DNA of 63,635 nt, counting the filler, from Limisphaerales bacterium (GTDB taxonomy: Bacteria > Verrucomicrobiota > Verrucomicrobiia > Limisphaerales > SIBE01): NCBI GenBank assembly GCA_044225505.1. It is 3 parts of 3 records of this genome, joined end to end, with 100 filler letters (N's around TTAATTAATTAA, not from the genome) between each part and the next. Parts side by side here need not be neighbours in the genome. Positions count along the whole stretch, not along the records: positions 1 to 22,143 come from JBGAIN010000145.1; positions 22,244 to 45,006 come from JBGAIN010000146.1; 1 more part is not named here. One strand, 5' to 3'. The position numbers and the translations under genes were made by a program. Positions within the stretch are counted from its first letter, which is position 1; each line of letters begins with the position of its first letter. The notes under the pieces were generated by a model. That model made no database searches. It was not told the DNA's origin and saw only the letters and a program-made list of their open reading frames with translations. This document shows, piece after piece, positions 10,889 through 22,684 of the stretch.

Positions 10889-10927
10889 TCTCTTTCGTCC
10901 GCTGGGCAGCAACCACCTTGTAGCGCT

Positions 10928-13900
10928 ATGAAGCCGTATCATTTTATCCTTCGCTCACGTCAATCCCCACTTCTCGTTTGCCGGCTGCTGATCCTGAGCC
11001 TGTGCGCGAGTGGGCTCGTCCCACTATTGGCGATTGATCCGTCGCCGTTGTCGTCGGATGAGATTGGGCTTACCCCTCCGCCCAAGACGGCCCCATCGCC
11101 CGCGCTCGGCGCGTCCGACCAGGAAGGCTCAACCGCGTCAGCGATCGGCGCCAAACTCCGCGGATTCTTGCCCTACCAAGTCGTCAACGCCGGCCGGGCT
11201 GGTGTTCTCAACGTCAAGGATCGCCAACAAAAGGCGATTCAGTTGCTCCACGACAAGGCGGGCGATGATGTCAAAATCCATCTGCGTCCAGGACAACAGA
11301 CCGTGATGCAGATTCGCGGTGCGTCGTTGGAGAAAGCGGCCCAAGTCGCCAAGGCGAACGTGGAAGAGCGGAACACAGCGACCGCCCGGAACTTTCTGAG
11401 GTCGAATCGCGATTTGTTGCGGATTGACGATCCCGACAATGAATGGGCGCTTCAAAAGCAAGAACGGGACGAATTGGGGCACGACCACCTGAAGTTCGAG
11501 CAGATCTACCGGGGGATCCCAGTTTGGCCAACCGGCCTTGGCGTGCATGTCGGCGGCGATGGCGCTGTCTACCTCGTTGATGGGGCCTATATCGCCACGC
11601 CAAACACCCTCGCGACAGAGCCAACCCTCGCCGCGGCCGGGGCCCAAGCTCAGGCCATTTCCGGGTTGGACCATGGAGAAACGGCCGAAGTCGGGCCTGC
11701 GCAGTTGATCGTCTACGCCCCTTTGGAGAAAGCGCCTCGGCTCGCTTGGAAGCTGAGTGTGACGGTGGACGCCATGCACTCCTGGATCACCGTCGTCGAC
11801 GCTACCGACGGCACGGTTCTCAATCGGATCAGCCAGGTCATGGATGCCAATGTCGCCGCGTCCTCGACCGATCTTCTCGGAAAAACCCGCGCGATTAACG
11901 TGTGGGCCCAGGACAACAAGTTTTACATGTTCGATACCAGCAAACAAATGTTCAAAGCTGGCACAGACCCATTTCAGCACGATACAGCGGGGGTCATTCG
12001 TGTCTTGGACGGTGAGGATAAATCCACCGATGAAGTGTTGAAATCAGCCGCTCTGGTCTCGACCGTCAACTCCAGCACCTGGCTGCCCGACGCCGTCAGC
12101 GCCGCCTTCAATTTTTCCATTACCTACGACTATTTCCTCCAACATCACAGTCGCAATTCGCTCGACGGCAAAGGGGGCAGTATCCTCGCGATCGTCCGCG
12201 TGGCCGATCAACAGCACAACGCCGCTTGGATCGGCCAGTACGGCTTGATGGTGTTTGGACATGATATCCCGCTGGCCGCGGGACTCGATGTGATCGGCCA
12301 CGAGCTAACGCACGGCGTCACAGAAAAGACCGCCGGACTCATTTACCAGGATCAGCCAGGCGCTTTAAACGAGTCGATGTCGGACATCTTCGGCGAAATG
12401 GTGGAAACCAGCCGAGACGGACAACCAGACTGGCTCATGGGCGACGAGATCGATTTCGTCATCCGCAACTTCAAGAACCCCGGCGCGATCACGAGGGACG
12501 GTATCGGATCGTACCCGTCTAAAATGAGTGAGTTTAAGCACCTCTCGCCGGACAACGATCATGGCGGAGTGCATATCAACAGCAGCATTATCAATCACGC
12601 GTTCTATCTATTGGCTGAAGGGTTGAATGGAGCGCTCGGCCTGATCGACGCCGAGAAGATTTTTTATCGCTGCCTGACCCAACATTTGCAGAATCAATCC
12701 CAGTTCATCGACGCGCGCCTGGGTTGCATCGCCGCGGCCGAAGCGCTTTACGGAGCGGATTCCATCCAAGCCAAGAAAGTTGTGGAAGCGTTCGATGCCG
12801 TTGAGATTTTCGCGACTCCTTCGACTCCGGAGCCTTCTCCTATTCCGACCGTGCAAGGAGCCGACTCGACCTTGCTGATCGCATTTGATCCGAGCTTTTT
12901 TGAACTGGCCCTCGGCCGGCGGGAAGCCGCGCTGGGGGATCCAGTGGACGGCGTCGCTCTGGTAGAATCGGTCAAAGAAGCGCGTCCGGCCGTGTCAGGC
13001 GACGGGTCCTTCGCCATGTTTGTGGACTCGGCGAATGATCTCTGCGGCGTCAATACCGCGGACTCCAGGAGTTTGCAGTGTCTCGGCTTTCGAGGTTTGG
13101 TTCACTCGGTCGCCCTGTCGCCCAACGGACTACTGGCTGCGTTCGTGTTGCGAGACCCGGCCACCGGACAACCCCAGAATCAAATCAACGTTTTCAACCT
13201 GGGCAATAACTCGACCAAGACTTACAAACTCCTCTCTCCCATTGCCGATGGCACCGCTGTGGATGACGTTCTCTATGCTGATTCCATGGTGTTTACCTCC
13301 GATAGCAAGCGGCTCATTTACGATGCCGTGGCGCAGCTTCGCTTTGCGGGCGGTCAACCCGTCCAGCGCTGGAGCATCTTCGCCATCGATCTTGCCACCG
13401 ATATTTCCAGCGTCATCTTGCCGCCGCAAGAGGGCATGGACACGGGCAATCCCAACATGGGTCGAGCTGGGAATCGCTTCCTGACATTCGATGCGCAAGA
13501 TGTTAAAACAGGGGTTTCGAGCATCGTTAACTTGGATCTCTTTACCGGCAATGCTGCTGTTGTCGGTTCCGCGGGCAAAGGACTGGGCTACCCCTGTTTT
13601 ACGGGTGACGAAAGTGCCGTTGTTTATTCCGCGCAAGATCCGTCCGCGGCCTTCACCGGATCCTCCCTGGTCAAACAGAATCTGGGTTCGGATCGGCTGA
13701 CGACTGAGGGGCAACCGAGCCTCTGGTATTCCGACGCGAGTCTTGGGGTCATCTATCGGCGCGGCACGTTCGTTAGTACGAACGCGCCACCTCAGGTGCA
13801 GCTGATCAGCCCGGTGAATGGGACGTCGTTCCCAATCCCAGGGAGCTTCACCCTCGAAGCGACAGCGGCAGACCCTGACGGGCAGATCGCCAAGATCGAA

Positions 13901-14305
13901 TTCTATGACGGCGCGGACAAACTCGTCGAAGATACAACCGCTCCGTACCGGTTCACGGTGAACTTCGACCAAACGGTTCAGCCCCACCAGTTCCGTTTGA
14001 TCGCGCGGGCCATCGATAATCTCGGTGCGGCCACGGATTCAGCCGCCGTGACCGTGACGATTGGTGGTGGCGGCCAGCCAGGGGGCAACGAAATTCAAGT
14101 CACGGCGGCACGGCTCTCCGGACAGACGATCCGGTTAACGGTGAAGGCTGCGGCCGGAGACTATGTTATCCAGCAGTCGACGAATCTAAAGACGTGGGCG
14201 GATATCTACCCCGTCACGGTCGGGGCCGGAGGCACAGGGAGCGTGGATGATTCGGGCGGGCCAGCGAATAATGCCTATCTGTTCTATCGAATTCAAAAGA
14301 AGTAA
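10928..14305 (+). CDS. Secreted M4 (thermolysin-like) metallopeptidase with FTP/PepSY propeptide, beta-propeller, Ig-like and C-terminal FYR domain
   Basis: HELTH, GALNESMSD and GGVHINSSI catalytic motifs; signal peptide; C-terminal TNAPPQVQLISP...DPDGQIAKIEFY Ig-like domain. Confidence 0.9.
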   Translation: MKPYHFILRSRQSPLLVCRLLILSLCASGLVPLLAIDPSPLSSDEIGLTPPPKTAPSPALGASDQEGSTASAIGAKLRGFLPYQVVNAGRAGVLNVKDRQQKAIQLLHDKAGDDVKIHLRPGQQTVMQIRGASLEKAAQVAKANVEERNTATARNFLRSNRDLLRIDDPDNEWALQKQERDELGHDHLKFEQIYRGIPVWPTGLGVHVGGDGAVYLVDGAYIATPNTLATEPTLAAAGAQAQAISGLDHGETAEVGPAQLIVYAPLEKAPRLAWKLSVTVDAMHSWITVVDATDGTVLNRISQVMDANVAASSTDLLGKTRAINVWAQDNKFYMFDTSKQMFKAGTDPFQHDTAGVIRVLDGEDKSTDEVLKSAALVSTVNSSTWLPDAVSAAFNFSITYDYFLQHHSRNSLDGKGGSILAIVRVADQQHNAAWIGQYGLMVFGHDIPLAAGLDVIGHELTHGVTEKTAGLIYQDQPGALNESMSDIFGEMVETSRDGQPDWLMGDEIDFVIRNFKNPGAITRDGIGSYPSKMSEFKHLSPDNDHGGVHINSSIINHAFYLLAEGLNGALGLIDAEKIFYRCLTQHLQNQSQFIDARLGCIAAAEALYGADSIQAKKVVEAFDAVEIFATPSTPEPSPIPTVQGADSTLLIAFDPSFFELALGRREAALGDPVDGVALVESVKEARPAVSGDGSFAMFVDSANDLCGVNTADSRSLQCLGFRGLVHSVALSPNGLLAAFVLRDPATGQPQNQINVFNLGNNSTKTYKLLSPIADGTAVDDVLYADSMVFTSDSKRLIYDAVAQLRFAGGQPVQRWSIFAIDLATDISSVILPPQEGMDTGNPNMGRAGNRFLTFDAQDVKTGVSSIVNLDLFTGNAAVVGSAGKGLGYPCFTGDESAVVYSAQDPSAAFTGSSLVKQNLGSDRLTTEGQPSLWYSDASLGVIYRRGTFVSTNAPPQVQLISPVNGTSFPIPGSFTLEATAADPDGQIAKIEFYDGADKLVEDTTAPYRFTVNFDQTVQPHQFRLIARAIDNLGAATDSAAVTVTIGGGGQPGGNEIQVTAARLSGQTIRLTVKAAAGDYVIQQSTNLKTWADIYPVTVGAGGTGSVDDSGGPANNAYLFYRIQKK

Positions 14306-14329
14306 GCCAACCCGCCGTCCGGCCGCCGC

Positions 14330-16258
14330 TCACTCGAGCAGGTGCTGCCGCAAAAAGAGGATCGTGGCCAGGAACTGAACGTCTGCGTTCGGTTTCTTGG
14401 CAAATCCATGCCCTTCGTCTTTGGCGAGAAGGTACCAAACCGGCGTTTGTTGCGCTCGGAGCGCTTTTACCATTTGTTCAGATTCCCCCACGGGCACACG
14501 AGGATCGTTCTGACCTTGCACCACGAGTAACGGCTGGCGAATTTTCGACACATTGTTGACCGGGGAGATTCGTTCCAGGAATTGGCGCATGGCCTCGTCC
14601 CGCTCGTCCCCATACTCTGCACGCCGCAGATCCCGTCGGTACTCCTGAGTGTTCTTTAGAAACGTGAGAAAGTTGGAGATGCCCACCACGTCTACGCCGC
14701 ACCGCAACCGTTCCCCAAACTCGACGAGGCTGGCCAAAACCATATAGCCACCGTAGCTCCCCCCCACCACCGCGACTCGCTCCGCGTTAAGTCGCGCATC
14801 TGCCTTTACCCAATCCAGAATCACGCCGATATCGCGCACCGAATCCAAACGCTGCATCCCATTGTCGAGGCCAAGGAAGGTTTTGCCATAGCCAGCGGAA
14901 CCCCGGACGTTGGGAAAGATCAGCGCGATGCCCAACTCGTTGATAAGATAATTGTTGCGGGCCTGAAAGATAGGTCGAGCTTGTGATTCCGGGCCGCCAT
15001 GGATGTTCACGATGGCAGGACGTTTCCCGGGAAAACGCGACGCGTCCGGCCGATAGACAAACGCCGAGATTTGCACCCCGCCCGCGCCGGTCAACTGGAC
15101 CAGTTCCGGCTCCACAAAGCGTTCCGGATTCAAGCCACCCGTTTCGCTCTCGGTCCAACGTTGCAACCGCCAGGCTGTCCCGTCGAACCGGACGACATAG
15201 GCATCGCTCGGGGATCGCGCTGAGGCTAAGGTAAAGGCCAACGATTTGCCGTCCTCATGCCATTTCAACCCGGTCAGCACCCCAGCCGGCACCTCCGCCA
15301 GTGCTTGCACTCCCTCAGTCGCCGTTTCTAAAAGCCGCAGTTTACTCACCCCACCTTCATTGGTGATGATGGCGATTTGACGGCCATCGGGAGACACTTC
15401 GAACTCGCTGACATCCCACGAGCCCAGCCCTTGGAAGAAGCGCCATTCTTTAGTCGCGAGGTTCAATTGAGCCAAACGCAGAAATTCCGAGTCTTTGTCC
15501 GTCGTGACGTAGATGGAATGGCCATCGCGGGCAAATCGGGCCTGGGCATGCGAGACGCGCGGACCAGTGCCGACCGGAGTGAGCAACTCCTTGCTGCCTT
15601 TCGAAACATCCACCAGGTAAAGGCGACTCTCATTGATCGAGAGATACTCTTGCACCACCCATTGCGAGTCGTCTGGAGACCAATCCTCCACTGACCATCC
15701 CCCACCCTCGACCGGCAGGACCAGGCGCGTCGTCTCCGCCTTCTCCGGGGCGACCACGTAAAGATCGTTGTCGCGACCATTGCGGCGCGTCGACGTGTAT
15801 GCCAGCAACCGCCCCGCGTGCGACCACTTCATGCCGGTATTCCGGGACTTTCCATCCGTGAGCAACGTCGTTTGTCCATCGCCTACATCGTAGCGATAGA
15901 GCTGATAAAACTCACCGCCGCCAACGTCTTGGGAAAACACGATGCAATCGCCTGTCCCAGGTCGAAAGGACGCATCGCCGACCGGTTCGGACGAGAACGT
16001 CAGTTGCCGTCGCGCTCCGCCGGGCATGCGCACGAGGTGTAATTGGGCCGTGTCCGCAAAGCGCGTGGTGATCAGCATTTCGCGCCGCGTTGGATGCCAC
16101 CCGCGAAAGACCGCCGCCCGGGATTCCAAATAGGGCACGACCGAAGCACGGAGCGACTGTGGAACGGCCGGAATGCCATCGAGAACGAGGTTTTCCGGCA
16201 CGCCGGCGTGGGCGATCGCGACGCTGGTCAACGACGCCCAGAGCGCTGTTTTCAGCAT
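14330..16258 (-). CDS. S9 prolyl oligopeptidase-family serine peptidase
   Basis: N-terminal propeller, IHGGPE, GGSYGG, NDPRVP and DEGHGF (catalytic triad). Confidence 0.9.
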   Translation of the reverse strand: MLKTALWASLTSVAIAHAGVPENLVLDGIPAVPQSLRASVVPYLESRAAVFRGWHPTRREMLITTRFADTAQLHLVRMPGGARRQLTFSSEPVGDASFRPGTGDCIVFSQDVGGGEFYQLYRYDVGDGQTTLLTDGKSRNTGMKWSHAGRLLAYTSTRRNGRDNDLYVVAPEKAETTRLVLPVEGGGWSVEDWSPDDSQWVVQEYLSINESRLYLVDVSKGSKELLTPVGTGPRVSHAQARFARDGHSIYVTTDKDSEFLRLAQLNLATKEWRFFQGLGSWDVSEFEVSPDGRQIAIITNEGGVSKLRLLETATEGVQALAEVPAGVLTGLKWHEDGKSLAFTLASARSPSDAYVVRFDGTAWRLQRWTESETGGLNPERFVEPELVQLTGAGGVQISAFVYRPDASRFPGKRPAIVNIHGGPESQARPIFQARNNYLINELGIALIFPNVRGSAGYGKTFLGLDNGMQRLDSVRDIGVILDWVKADARLNAERVAVVGGSYGGYMVLASLVEFGERLRCGVDVVGISNFLTFLKNTQEYRRDLRRAEYGDERDEAMRQFLERISPVNNVSKIRQPLLVVQGQNDPRVPVGESEQMVKALRAQQTPVWYLLAKDEGHGFAKKPNADVQFLATILFLRQHLLE

Positions 16259-16269
16259 AAAGGAACGTA

Positions 16270-16722
16270 TCAGGCCGCTTTTGAAATGTGGGTCGGAGGA
16301 CAATTGCGCCGCAGCCAATAATCCGCCAGGGAGCCGACCAGATCGCGAAGCTCATCCACCGTGCTTGGCTTCACCAGATAGGAATTCGCCCCCAAACGGT
16401 AGGCAGTATCGATATCCATGGAATCTCCGGACGAGGTCAATACGATCACCAGCATGGTCTGAAACCGAGATTCACGCCGGATCCAGCGCAAAACCTCATG
16501 TCCCGTGACGTAGGGCAATTTTAGATCCAGCAGCACCAGGTTCGGGATGGGGAATTTCTGACGATCTCCGAACTCCTCTTCACCGTTTAAATAGGCAATG
16601 GCCTTGGCGCCATGATCCACGACGTGCATCGGACTGGTAACGCCTGCCCGTTTTTTAGCCTGCTCCATCAAGAAGACGTCGTCTTCGTTGTCTTCAACTA
16701 GCAGTATATGCCTGTTCATCAT
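16270..16722 (-). CDS. Single-domain response regulator (Rcp1-like)
   Basis: ILLVEDNEDD, LLDLKLP, LTSS and GANSYLVKP. Confidence 0.88.
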   Translation of the reverse strand: MMNRHILLVEDNEDDVFLMEQAKKRAGVTSPMHVVDHGAKAIAYLNGEEEFGDRQKFPIPNLVLLDLKLPYVTGHEVLRWIRRESRFQTMLVIVLTSSGDSMDIDTAYRLGANSYLVKPSTVDELRDLVGSLADYWLRRNCPPTHISKAA

Positions 16723-16916
16723 CAATCTGCCTTGTCTGACTGAAACTCCTGAGGCTCTGGCGAGCCCCACGGGACCTCCCCTACGCGACTCAACGGCGCC
16801 AGCCCTTCATTGCGCAGGTCCGCGAATATACCTGTCCGTCCTAATTCTGCAATCCTCCCCCAACTCTGGCTTCGGACTTTCCCTCGAACTGGACCCTCTG
16901 CTAGCGTCCGCCTGCC

Positions 16917-18506
16917 GTGGTCAAACCCGTTGAAGCATTTGTCCTCTTGCTTTGTGCCGTCATCGGCGTGGTTCTCCTGGGCCAGAAGCTCAAGGTGCCC
17001 TACCCCATCGCGCTCGTCCTGGGCGGGCTTTGCATCAGTATTGTCCCGGGCTTGCCCGAGTTCGCCATCGATCCAGAACTCGTCTTCCTTTTCTTCCTTC
17101 CCCCGTTGCTTTACGCCGCGGCCTGGACCACCTCCTGGCACGATCTCAAAGACAACCTCCGGCCCATCGTGCTCCTCGCGGTCGGCCTCGTCCTATTTAC
17201 CACCTTGGCAACGGGACTCGTCATTCACGCCTTTATCCCGGCGCTCCCCTTGGCGGTCGCCTTCTGTTTCGGAGCCATCGTTTCACCGCCTGATGCCGTG
17301 GCCGCCACCGCCATCGCACAACAGATGAATCTCCCCAAACGCATCGTCACCGTGCTCGAGGGAGAAAGCCTGGTCAACGACGCCACGGGCCTGGTAGCCC
17401 TCCGTTTTGCTCTGGCCGCCGCGGCGTCCGGCCAGTTTTCGTTGGGATCAGCAACCGTCGAATTTGTCTGGGTCGCGACGGGAGGCATTGCCGTTGGCAT
17501 CGGCGTGGGGATTGGCGTGGCCGCCGTCATGCGCGTGCTTCAAAACGAATCGTTGGTTATCACCGTCTCCTTAGTTGCTCCTTATATCGCTTACCTTCCC
17601 GCCGAACGGATGCATGTCTCGGGCGTGCTCGCGGCCGTCGCGGCGGGCGTTTATGGCGGTTGGAAAGGCCCGGAACTTATCCACGCCACAACGCGTTTAA
17701 ATGCCCTGGCGGTATGGGGAATTCTCGTCTTCCTCTTCAACTGCGTCCTCTTCATCTTGATAGGTCTCCAACTGCCCCGCGTTTTTAACCAGCTTGAATC
17801 CTATTCCACCGGGCAATTAATCGCCTTCGGCGCCATCGCCAGTGCCGTGGTCATTCTCATCCGCCCAGTTTGGGTGTTCCCCGGCACCTGGCTCCCCCGT
17901 GTGCTCAGCCGGCGCTTGCGGGCCAGAGATCCCATGCCGCCGTGGCAGCACGTTTCGATCGTTGCGTGGAGCGGCATGCGCGGTGTCGTCTCCCTGGCAG
18001 CTGCCCTCGGTTTGCCGATGACGCTGGGCAATGGAACTCCCTTTCCGGGCCGGGATCTGGTCATCTTTCTCACCTTTTGCGTCGTGCTCGCGACTTTAGT
18101 GTTTCAAGGGTTGACCTTGCCTTGGGTCATCCGTCGGCTCGGAGTGCGAAACCGGTCCAATGACTCCGAGGAACGCGAGGTCCGATTGAAACTCGCGCAT
18201 GCTGGGCTGGCTCGACTCAACGAACGACGCCAGGCCGGTCAAGTCACCGAATCCGCTATGCAGCGTGTGGCCGGCGTTTATCAGGAGCGCGTCCATCACC
18301 TCAACGATCAACTCGCCGACACCCTCGGGTGGAGTCCCGATCGGCAACAGCTCATTGAAACACGCCGCTTGCGCCTGGACGCACTCGACGCCGAGCGCCA
18401 GGAATTGATTGCCCTCCGGCGCCAACACCACGTCGACGAACACCTGATGCGGCAGATAGAACGCGAGATCGATCTGGAAGAAACCCGATTGCGCACCGGA
18501 CTGTAA
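16917..18506 (+). CDS. CPA1-family Na+/H+ antiporter
   Basis: SPPDAVA, LEGESLVNDATGLV and WSGMRGVVSLAAAL; C-terminal EIDLEE. Confidence 0.9.
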   Translation: MVKPVEAFVLLLCAVIGVVLLGQKLKVPYPIALVLGGLCISIVPGLPEFAIDPELVFLFFLPPLLYAAAWTTSWHDLKDNLRPIVLLAVGLVLFTTLATGLVIHAFIPALPLAVAFCFGAIVSPPDAVAATAIAQQMNLPKRIVTVLEGESLVNDATGLVALRFALAAAASGQFSLGSATVEFVWVATGGIAVGIGVGIGVAAVMRVLQNESLVITVSLVAPYIAYLPAERMHVSGVLAAVAAGVYGGWKGPELIHATTRLNALAVWGILVFLFNCVLFILIGLQLPRVFNQLESYSTGQLIAFGAIASAVVILIRPVWVFPGTWLPRVLSRRLRARDPMPPWQHVSIVAWSGMRGVVSLAAALGLPMTLGNGTPFPGRDLVIFLTFCVVLATLVFQGLTLPWVIRRLGVRNRSNDSEEREVRLKLAHAGLARLNERRQAGQVTESAMQRVAGVYQERVHHLNDQLADTLGWSPDRQQLIETRRLRLDALDAERQELIALRRQHHVDEHLMRQIEREIDLEETRLRTGL

Positions 18507-19098
18507 GCGAGGCGCGATTTGGCGCTTGGTCTAGCGGTTCTGGCCTTGCAGATCGAGGGGGGCTTGGGGTTGGCCTGGCCTTGGCTTTGCTCCTCCCGTC
18601 GGAGGGGCTGCGCGTGGTCCCTCGCTGTGTTCAGTGGGATAGAAGCTGTTCCCTCCGTTCTGGGACAGGCGTTTGGCGTCCCGGCAGGGACGTCGTGGTA
18701 TTCGCCCGGCACCTCCAGTGCTGGGATTCCGCGCGAAGAGTCAAAGTCCCGACGGAACGGCTGAACCTCCTCGAATCCCAGAAGTAACGTGTTTTCGGAG
18801 GGTCGGCCGCCCGTTTCGAGGCTAATCGTCATGGGTCGCTGGATCTCGGCGCTAAAGCGTCCGAGCTATTCTCATTCATGCCTCCGGCATGGCCGTCTTG
18901 GCTAGGGGATGCGGGCGAGAGACTTAAACGGTTGCCTTGTGCGGGATCCAACTCCAATGAAAAAAACGAAAAACCCCGTGTATTTGTCTAAATGACTGTG
19001 GACGAACGATCTGGAGATGCGAAGAACGCCCTCTGCGAGGCCCGGCGCGATTCCGGACAGATTGAGAGTCCACCGCGGACCCCCTTCCTCTCCGTCGC

Positions 19099-19142
19099 GT
19101 GATCCTCCAGTGATCCTCCAGTGATCCTCCAGTGATCCTCCA
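19099..19142. repeat. Intergenic tandem repeat (GTGATCCTCCA)x4
   Basis: Four exact 11-bp copies read directly from the sequence. Confidence 0.95.
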
Positions 19143-19321
19143 GTGGCCTGAGTAGGATCGGACTGAGATCCCAGCGATGACTGAGCAAGCATGTCCGAAC
19201 GGCTCGCCCTGGATTCGGGTCGTTCTAGCGATTGTCGGTCAACCCCTGACGAATGTCTTCAACCTGCGCCTGGTGCGTCGCATAAGGCCCTGCAGACCAA
19301 CATGAGGCGAACGCTGAACGC

Positions 19322-22143
19322 TTATCCGGATAACGGCACGAGATAGAGGTGCTTTTGCGACCAATCTCGCCGGATCTCCACCCGGAGCTGCCCCTCACCA
19401 ATCCGAGCGGGCACCTCAGCCCCTGCTCTCCAATCCGACCGCCCCTCAAACATCAGCCGCCCAGCCCGAATGTCCGCCCCCAAAGGAATCGTGACAGTCC
19501 CTTCCCCGTCCAGCCACAGTTCCATGCGCGCGCCGTTTGGCACCTGCCGCGCTTCCGTCACCGGCGCCCAGGCCAGGAAAGCGAGCGGTCGGTCACAAAA
19601 CCGGTGTTGGCGCTCGCCCACGCGAATCCCTGTGCACTCGTACCCTCCAAAGGCGCGCAGTTCATTGCTTGCCCCCAGTCGAAAGGCGACGATCCGAGTT
19701 CCTTCATAGGTGACGACGTGACCATTCACTTGGAAATTGCGGAGCTCCAACCGATCGGACGGCAACGGATTGGCTTTGAGGATCTCTGCGTCTTGCTGAG
19801 GGTTGCGGTGGAAACCACCGGGCCAACTCTCTACGTGATGTCGGTAATGCGCCGCAATGGCCGTTGTTCCATTGGGGAAGCGGGTGCACAAGTAGGGCGA
19901 CTCTCGGGAGACGATGGTCGGATTATCGGTAACCACGGCATCCGTTCGGCTGGTTGGGTAAGAACCCAAGGCTTTCAAGACCTCATACCACGTCCGCACT
20001 TCGTGACCCAGGGACGCGGCCTGGTCATCCCGCGGACGAAAGCCCAGATACGTCCGCGACCCCTTTCCCGTAGTGAGCGTGCGCACCCCGACGACCTCGG
20101 TTCCGGCCCGGGCGATCACTTCGACTCCTTCAATCGGCCGCAGCGGATAAACCCAATCCACCAAAAAGTCGGTCAGAACGGACTGAGAGGGCACCGTCCG
20201 GAGAGAGTTTGCGAAGTCAATTTGCCGGCCTGCCGCCATCACTCCGTCGGCGGGGTGCGTCCACCCAGCCACGCCAAACATGGTTTGCCAACGCCGGAGA
20301 ATTGAGGCGCCGCCAAAATCCAGGCGGGGCGCAGGTCCAGACCAGACGACAATCCCACCGCGATTGCTAAATTCCTCCAACAGTGGAAGCAGTCCTGGCG
20401 GAGGCAACGTTTCAAAGAGGGCGACAACCGTCTGGAAGCGGCGTCCGGCCAACTCCAACTTGCCATCCAGGGTGATACGGCCTCGTTCCAATAATTTCTC
20501 GGCGGTGACGTAATTGGCGTATCCGTATTGGACCATCCAGGAACCAAAGCGCTCTTCCGCGGCGACGAGGGACATCGGGTAAAGCATCAACACTTCAATG
20601 TCCCGATGTTGGCATTCCTCGATCGCTTGAAAACCTGGCGTCGCGGCCGCGCCATACGCATCGGCCAGCGCTTGATGCCGAGCGGCAGCCGCGTCGGGCA
20701 ATCCCCACGCGGCAGCGTAGGCGTTGGGAGTAGCATTGAGAATTCCTGTGGAGCAGGCCAAGGCCAATCCGTAATAGTTGCGATCGGACCAACCCCCTTC
20801 CGCGTGGTCGTTCCCTCCGCCGGTCAGGAAGTCATTCCAGCGAAAGTAATCACTGCAAGCGGCGGCGGCCTGCTGCACGGTATTCGACCAAAGGAAATTC
20901 GGAGTATACTCGTATTGCTGCGGAGGATGGGGGCTGTTCCCTGCATTCCAAAAATCAATCGTCGGGCTTTGCGCCCAGGTCGCGTGGGCTCGAGATTCCA
21001 ACGGTTGAGCGTAGAGATCTTCGGCAAAGCGTTTGGCGTTCACGAAGAGGTCGACCACGGTCCGCTCGAGCAGTTCGTAGTAGCGCCGGCGCAGAAGCGC
21101 GGTTCGTTGGACGTCGTCGGCGCTTCCGCCAAGAACGTGTTGGGCGGCCAAGCGTGCTTCCAACGTCGGCAAGAACGCGTGCTGGCCGTAACAGAAATAG
21201 ACCAGGTACTTTTCGAACTCCTGGTACTCGCTGCCGTAGAGGTCCGCGTAGCGTTCGATCATCGACTTGGTCAGGTATCGCACGTTGAACTGTCCCTCAT
21301 CATGGTGACTGCCATAGCCCCAATCCTGTTGGATGTGCATCTCGTCCGCGTAGAGACCATTCAGCTGAACTCCCGCATCGTGATAGCGTTTGAGCAGATC
21401 CCGCAGAAAAGACGGCGCTTGCGGACTGAAATAGTCCATCTCCGGCGTTGCATAGGAAACGACCACCAAGACCCTGTCCAACGGCCCAAGATGCGTGTCT
21501 CCATGCCCGCTGATACGAAGCCGCCGTTGCCGCGCATTCGGCTCGTCCGGTCCCAGGGAATCTGTCGTCAACAGCTCATGGAGTTCGGTGATTTCGTTCG
21601 GATCGACTCGATAGAAGGAGGAACCGCCCACACGCTGTTCCCGAAAGGCGAACGCCTGAACTCCCTGGCGGGTCAAAGCGATGGTGCCTTTATTGTTGGT
21701 CCAACGACGCTGTTCCCAAAGCGCCACTTCGAAACGGCCGGTCGCAGGATTGCGCCAGCCTTCCCGATATTGAACCCAGCGCCCGCGTTCGCCAGTGCTC
21801 TTGACGTAACCTGTGCCCACCTCCAGAGGGCTCAACAAGCTCAATTCCAAGCCTAATCCATACTGCTGCAAGACTTGGCTGATCCGGCGGATGCGCTGGA
21901 TGTATTCATCCTGATCCGGCGTCAAGGCCCGCGGTTTGCCTCCCTGACCAGCGCGATACTGCGACCAGAACTCGTCGAACGCCAGGATCACCGTCTTGGC
22001 TCCAGCCGTCCGAGCCTGTTCACAGACCTGGCGCAAGGTCGTGCGGTAAGGCGTGGAACTAAGGCTCAAATCGATCTCAGCCTCTGGATTCTGCAGGGCT
22101 TCCAGCTGTTGGTCGCTCACCAAGATGATGCTGCTCTTCGGCA
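19322..22143 (-). CDS. Large hypothetical protein, possibly glycoside-hydrolase-like; 5' end cut by the gap
   Basis: Open frame of more than 930 codons running into the N gap; YADE motif and GATase-like region. Confidence 0.6.
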
Positions 22144-22243
22144 NNNNNNNNNNNNNNNNNNNNNNNNNNNNNNNNNNNNNNNNNNNNTTAATTAATTAAN
22201 NNNNNNNNNNNNNNNNNNNNNNNNNNNNNNNNNNNNNNNNNNN
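22144..22243. other. Artificial contig-join linker
   Basis: N44-TTAATTAATTAA-N44, which puts stops in all six frames. Confidence 0.97.
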
Positions 22244-22521
22244 CTTGCAGTAAAACTCCGGTGCGAGACGACCGAACCTGCTGACGATTCCAGGCTCCAA
22301 TTGAGCGTGCTCGATGAGGTCAACGCGTCGAAGTAAAAGAGTTCACGGTGGTCCACGCGAAAAGTGAATCGGTCGCGTTCTCCAGGCACGGAGATGCTTC
22401 CAGCCAAATCGATGTCTGCACCTAATTGCGCGTACAGATCTGTGAGTGAGGACGCGAGCACGGCCGCAGCAAGGCAATGCCAATTGAACCGGCGTAGCAC
22501 AGAGAGCGAGAGCATCATCAT
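22244..22521 (-). CDS. N-terminus of a secreted protein (PPC-like repeat), truncated by the gap
   Basis: Signal peptide followed by GSISVPGERDRFTF...FYFDALT. Confidence 0.6.
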
Positions 22522-22581
22522 TATCACCGGACACGCTGGAATTAGTCGGTCCTGGTAGCCGACAGTTTTAGAAGGACGCGC

Positions 22582-22610
22582 ATGAAACGAACATGAAACC
22601 GAGATGAAAT
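22582..22610. promoter_or_regulatory. Three ATGAAA(C/T) direct repeats at 11-bp period; putative OmpR-family binding site
   Basis: Copies start at 22582, 22593 and 22604, upstream of the gene starting at 22521. Confidence 0.65.
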
Positions 22611-22684
22611 CGCTTTCATCTTCGGCCGGAATGAACCATTGGCAGGCGGTCGGGCCAGGGGGACTGTCGAAACGATCCCACGGC

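Noticed and set aside
22188..22199. TTAATTAATTAA palindrome (also at 45051-45062)
   Set aside because: It is centred in identical N runs and is an assembly linker, not biology.
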